From Ruminococcus bicirculans (ex Wegman et al. 2014) (GTDB lineage: Bacteria; Bacillota; Clostridia; Christensenellales; DTU072), in the NCBI GenBank assembly GCA_963642145.1, contig CAVIFU010000002.1, forward strand, positions 9,023 through 73,022: 64,000 bases of DNA, given 5' to 3'. Below are positions 60,427 to 64,000 of the stretch, piece by piece (the first letter of the stretch is position 1; every line of letters begins with the position of its first letter). Both the position numbers and the translations under genes were made by a program. The notes beneath the pieces are model-generated. The model saw only the letters and a program-made list of their open reading frames with translations. It was not told where the DNA came from and made no database searches.

Positions 60427-62034
60427 ATGAAAAAAATCGATTTGACTAAGTACGGCATTAGCGGAACAACGGAAGTTGTCTACAATCCTTCTTATGACCT
60501 CCTCTTTGCAGAGGAAACCAAACCCGGTCTCGACGGGTACGAAAAGGGTCAAGTAAGCGAACTTGGCGCTGTCAACGTGATGACAGGTATCTATACCGGA
60601 CGTTCGCCCAAAGATAAGTTTATTGTTGTGGACGAAAATTCCAAAGACACCGTTTGGTGGACCTCCGACGCATACAAGAACGATAACCATCCCGCTACCG
60701 AAGAAGCGTGGAATGCCGTCAAAGAAATAGCTATCGACGAGCTCTCGAACAAAAAACTTTACGTTGTAGACGCGTTCTGCGGTGCAAATAAGGATACTCG
60801 CATGGCTATCCGCTTCATTATGGAAGTAGCATGGCAAGCTCACTTTGTCACGAATATGTTTATAAAGCCCACGGCGGAAGAACTCGAAGACTTTGAACCG
60901 GATTTCGTAGTATACAACGCCTCCAAAGCTAAGGTTGTAAACTACAAAGAACTCGGTTTGAATTCCGAGACTGCCGTCGTGTTCAACATCACCAGCCGCG
61001 AGCAAGTAATCATCAATACCTGGTACGGCGGTGAGATGAAGAAGGGTATGTTCTCCATGATGAACTATTACCTACCGCTCAAAGGCATTGCCTCGATGCA
61101 CTGCTCGGCAAATACCGACATGAACGGACAAAACACGGCGATCTTCTTCGGACTTTCCGGCACGGGCAAGACGACGCTTTCTACCGACCCTAAACGCCTC
61201 CTCATCGGAGATGACGAACATGGTTGGGATGACAACGGCGTATTCAACTTTGAAGGCGGTTGCTATGCAAAAGTTATCAACCTCGACAAAGACTCCGAAC
61301 CCGATATCTACAACGCAATTAAACGTGACGCACTTCTCGAGAACGTAACTTTGGACGAGAACGGCAAGATAGATTTCGCGGATAAGAGCGTTACGGAGAA
61401 CACCCGTGTTTCTTACCCGATAGACCACATCAAGAATATCGTTCGTCCTATTTCGGCAGCTCCGGCAGCGAAGAACGTTATATTCCTTTCCGCAGACGCG
61501 TTCGGCGTGCTTCCGCCCGTATCGATTCTTACGCCCGAACAAACCCAATACTACTTCCTTTCCGGCTTTACCGCTAAATTGGCAGGTACCGAACGCGGAA
61601 TAACCGAGCCTACGCCCACGTTCTCCGCTTGCTTCGGTCAAGCCTTCCTTGAACTCCACCCGACCAAATATGCCGAAGAGTTGGTTAAGAAAATGAAAGT
61701 AAGCGGCGCTAAGGCGTATCTTGTCAATACCGGTTGGAACGGCACCGGCAAACGCATATCCATCAAGGATACGCGCGGAATCATTGACGCGATACTCGAC
61801 GGCTCTATAGAAAAGGCTCCCACCAAGAAGATCCCATACTTCAACTTTGAAGTACCCACCGAGCTTCCCGGCGTAGACTCACACATACTCGATCCTCGCG
61901 ATACCTATGCAGACGTAAACGTATGGAACGAAAAAGCCATTGACTTGGCAGGTAGATTTATCAAGAACTTTGCTAAGTACGAAGGCAACGACGCCGGTAA
62001 AGCGTTGGTTCCCGCAGGTCCGCAAGTCAAATAA
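60427..62034 (+). CDS. pckA: Phosphoenolpyruvate carboxykinase (ATP)
   Basis: TGRSPKDKF, kinase-1a motif [19 protein letters not shown], and [17 protein letters not shown]. Confidence 0.96.
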   Translation: MKKIDLTKYGISGTTEVVYNPSYDLLFAEETKPGLDGYEKGQVSELGAVNVMTGIYTGRSPKDKFIVVDENSKDTVWWTSDAYKNDNHPATEEAWNAVKEIAIDELSNKKLYVVDAFCGANKDTRMAIRFIMEVAWQAHFVTNMFIKPTAEELEDFEPDFVVYNASKAKVVNYKELGLNSETAVVFNITSREQVIINTWYGGEMKKGMFSMMNYYLPLKGIASMHCSANTDMNGQNTAIFFGLSGTGKTTLSTDPKRLLIGDDEHGWDDNGVFNFEGGCYAKVINLDKDSEPDIYNAIKRDALLENVTLDENGKIDFADKSVTENTRVSYPIDHIKNIVRPISAAPAAKNVIFLSADAFGVLPPVSILTPEQTQYYFLSGFTAKLAGTERGITEPTPTFSACFGQAFLELHPTKYAEELVKKMKVSGAKAYLVNTGWNGTGKRISIKDTRGIIDAILDGSIEKAPTKKIPYFNFEVPTELPGVDSHILDPRDTYADVNVWNEKAIDLAGRFIKNFAKYEGNDAGKALVPAGPQVK

Positions 62035-62053
62035 CATGTATCCATAGCAACAG

Positions 62054-62083
62054 AAGTCCCCGCAATTGCGGGGACTTTATTTT
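62054..62083. terminator. Rho-independent terminator between convergent pckA and the ABC exporter
   Basis: 10-bp stem AAGTCCCCGC / GCGGGGACTT with a 4-nt loop, followed by TATTTT. Confidence 0.78.
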
Positions 62084-62106
62084 GGAAAGTATCAATAAAA
62101 TTACAA

Positions 62107-63873
62107 TCAATTGCAATCTACATCGGACGGCAGACCGGCAATATCCGTGTACTGCGTCTCGTACAGTTTTTTATAGACGCCGTTTAGAGCCATAAGTTGG
62201 TCGTGTGTGCCTAACTCCTGAATTATGCCTTTGTTGACGACGACGATCATGTCGGCGTTACGTACCGTCGATAGGCGGTGGGCAACTACGAGAGTGGTTC
62301 TGCCTTTGCATAGTTCGTTCAGTGAACGTTGGATAAGTGCTTCCGTAACGTTATCCAAAGCGGACGTCGCTTCATCCAATATCAGTACGGACGGATTTTT
62401 GAGGAAGACTCTTGCGATGCTCAGGCGTTGCTTTTGTCCGCCGGAGAGTTTAATTCCTTTTTCTCCGATTTGGGTATTGTAGCCCAAAGGTAAAGATACG
62501 ATGTAATCGTGTATGCCGGCGCGTTTGGCTGCGACGATTATTTCATCATCGGCTGCATCGATTTTGCCGTAAGCGATGTTCTCTTTGAACGTGCCGGTAA
62601 ACAGGAATACGTCTTGCTGTACGATGCCTATGTTACGACGCAAAGAGTCGTTTTTTATTTGAGTTATAGGTTCGCCGTCAAGGAGTATCGTACCGGATTC
62701 AGGTGTATAGAATTTAGGGATTAAGTGGCAAAGAGTTGTCTTACCGCCTCCGCTGGCGCCAACGAAAGCATAGGTTTTACCGGCAGGAATCTCAAGAGTG
62801 ACGTTATCGAGAACTTTGCGGTCGGATTCGTATGCGAACGTAACGTTTTCAAACTTTATATCGCCCTTGACGTTTGTTACGTCACGTGCGTCGTCGGCAT
62901 CTTCTTCTACGGGCGCTTCCATGATGGCGCGGTAGCGTTTGAACCCCGCAATGCCGTCCTGTAACTGCTCGAAGAAGTTTATCAGCGTTTGAATAGGGGA
63001 CACAAATAAGTTAATGGAGAGCATGAAAGCCACAAGGTCAACGTAATCGAAGTGCTCTTTGTCATATATACAGAACAGTGCGCCTGCAAGCAAAACGATA
63101 ACGTTGTATACTTGTGTGACGAATCCCATACTTGAGCTGAACGCGCCCATATATTTATATGCTTTGGCGCGCGCCTTGACAAAGTTTGAGTTATCGTGCT
63201 CAAAGCGGCTTTGTTCGTATTCCGCGTTGGCGTACGCTTTTGTAACACGTATGCCGGCGATGCTGTTTTCGAGAGTGGCGTTGATGTTGCCGATTTCTTC
63301 ACGGCTACGTTGGAAGGCGAGTTTCATTTTTTTGCGTACGGCAAACGCGATTATAAACAGAACGGGCAAAAATGCAAACACAATAAGCGCAAGCTTCCAA
63401 CTGATCGTGCATAAATACACAAAAGAGCCAACGGTCATAAATGTCGTGATAAACAAATTTTCAGGACCGTGATGCGCAAGCTCAGATACGTCAAACAAAT
63501 CGTTGGTCATGCGTGCCATAAGCTGACCCGTTTCGTTGTCGTCGTAGAAGGAATAGGGGAGCTTTTCGAGGTGCTCAAAGAGATCGCTACGCATTTTTGC
63601 CTGCATGTTCACGCCCATGACGTGACCATAGTAGCAAATGTAGTAGTTTAGCCCGGCTCTGAGCATGTAGGCGCCGAGTAAGATGGCGCACACGATGAGC
63701 GTTTCTTTCAACATTCCGTTTGGGATGTATTCATCGAGGACTTTTTCCGTTGCAATCGGGTACAAAAGACCGATTATGGAATAAAAGAACGAACACGTCA
63801 TGTCCAAGACAAAAGTTTTCTTGTGTGGCTTGTAATAGGAAACGAAGTTTATAAATAAGTTATCTTTTTTCAT
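62107..63873 (-). CDS. ABC transporter ATP-binding/permease protein (type I exporter, MsbA/MdlB-like half transporter)
   Basis: N-terminal 6-TM domain followed by the NBD, with Walker A GASGGGKTT, signature LSGGQKQRL and Walker B ILILDEATS. Confidence 0.9.
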   Translation of the reverse strand: MKKDNLFINFVSYYKPHKKTFVLDMTCSFFYSIIGLLYPIATEKVLDEYIPNGMLKETLIVCAILLGAYMLRAGLNYYICYYGHVMGVNMQAKMRSDLFEHLEKLPYSFYDDNETGQLMARMTNDLFDVSELAHHGPENLFITTFMTVGSFVYLCTISWKLALIVFAFLPVLFIIAFAVRKKMKLAFQRSREEIGNINATLENSIAGIRVTKAYANAEYEQSRFEHDNSNFVKARAKAYKYMGAFSSSMGFVTQVYNVIVLLAGALFCIYDKEHFDYVDLVAFMLSINLFVSPIQTLINFFEQLQDGIAGFKRYRAIMEAPVEEDADDARDVTNVKGDIKFENVTFAYESDRKVLDNVTLEIPAGKTYAFVGASGGGKTTLCHLIPKFYTPESGTILLDGEPITQIKNDSLRRNIGIVQQDVFLFTGTFKENIAYGKIDAADDEIIVAAKRAGIHDYIVSLPLGYNTQIGEKGIKLSGGQKQRLSIARVFLKNPSVLILDEATSALDNVTEALIQRSLNELCKGRTTLVVAHRLSTVRNADMIVVVNKGIIQELGTHDQLMALNGVYKKLYETQYTDIAGLPSDVDCN

Positions 63874-63973
63874 AAGTACTCCTATAAATATATTAACAAA
63901 TAAAGTTAAAAATTCAAAACGTATTTAGGGCATACCGCGAAATTTAGTGCGCAAAACAATAAAAAAATGTGTA

Positions 63974-64000
63974 TTGACAAAAAGTCGGATACAAATTATA
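63974..64000 (+). promoter_or_regulatory. Candidate promoter truncated by the window end
   Basis: TTGACA (63974-63979), 17-nt spacer, then TATA at the last 4 nt of the window. The target gene lies outside the window. Confidence 0.35.

Noticed and set aside
63879-63917. A promoter for the minus-strand ABC exporter (TTGAAT-16-TGtTAATAT).
   Set aside because: The predicted TSS would fall on or inside the GGAG RBS, leaving essentially no leader. The real promoter is probably elsewhere or outside the window.
1-64000. A search for CRISPR arrays, IS elements or transposases, integrases, prophage genes, toxin-antitoxin pairs, restriction-modification genes and rRNA.
   Set aside because: No regularly spaced direct repeats were seen and no recognisable transposase, integrase or phage ORFs appear in any frame. 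No methyltransferase/restriction pairs were seen either. The window is essentially core chromosome.

Overview
This 64-kb window is a very compact chromosomal segment, almost entirely core housekeeping genes. The bacterium is most likely a member of Bacillota (Firmicutes), probably a Clostridia-like anaerobe. That inference rests on Bacillus-type synteny blocks, HrcA/CIRCE heat-shock control, a Clostridium-type NifS/NifU pair, a DapL-type lysine pathway and a GGGtGRT gene. I call 51 CDS (47 on the + strand) and one tRNA-Ala(CGC). I saw no rRNA, CRISPR array, transposase, integrase or prophage genes.

Gene blocks in order:
- comM-dprA-topA-trmFO-hslVU
- hisS-aspS
- trxA-glyA-nifS-nifU
- lepA-hemW, then a consensus sigmaA promoter plus CIRCE operator driving hrcA-grpE-dnaK-dnaJ-prmA-rsmE-mtaB-HIT
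- a fused MacB-like ABC ATPase/FtsX permease
- an inverted rpsU and a 116-aa orphan
- dnaG-rpoD-trmK-nif3-Zn-ribbon
- dapF-dapL and purA
- a GH2 beta-galactosidase translationally coupled to a patatin-like lipase and an orphan PTS-EIIC-like membrane protein
- polA-coaE-dinB
- on the minus strand, a 1281-aa helicase-nuclease fusion followed by degV
- thyA-folA-MBL-hemZ
- rpsO-pnp, followed by a divergent NifU-like gene and a GGGtGRT gene
- tRNA-Ala, pckA, and a minus-strand ABC exporter

The best candidate for an undescribed system is the single-gene helicase-nuclease at 48114-51959. It combines a DUF4011-like N-terminus, an Upf1-like SF1B helicase and a DUF559/Vsr-like endonuclease, and it has its own near-consensus promoter. 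The second candidate is the NifU-like/GGGtGRT pair downstream of pnp. All family assignments come from motif recognition in the translations. No database search was run.
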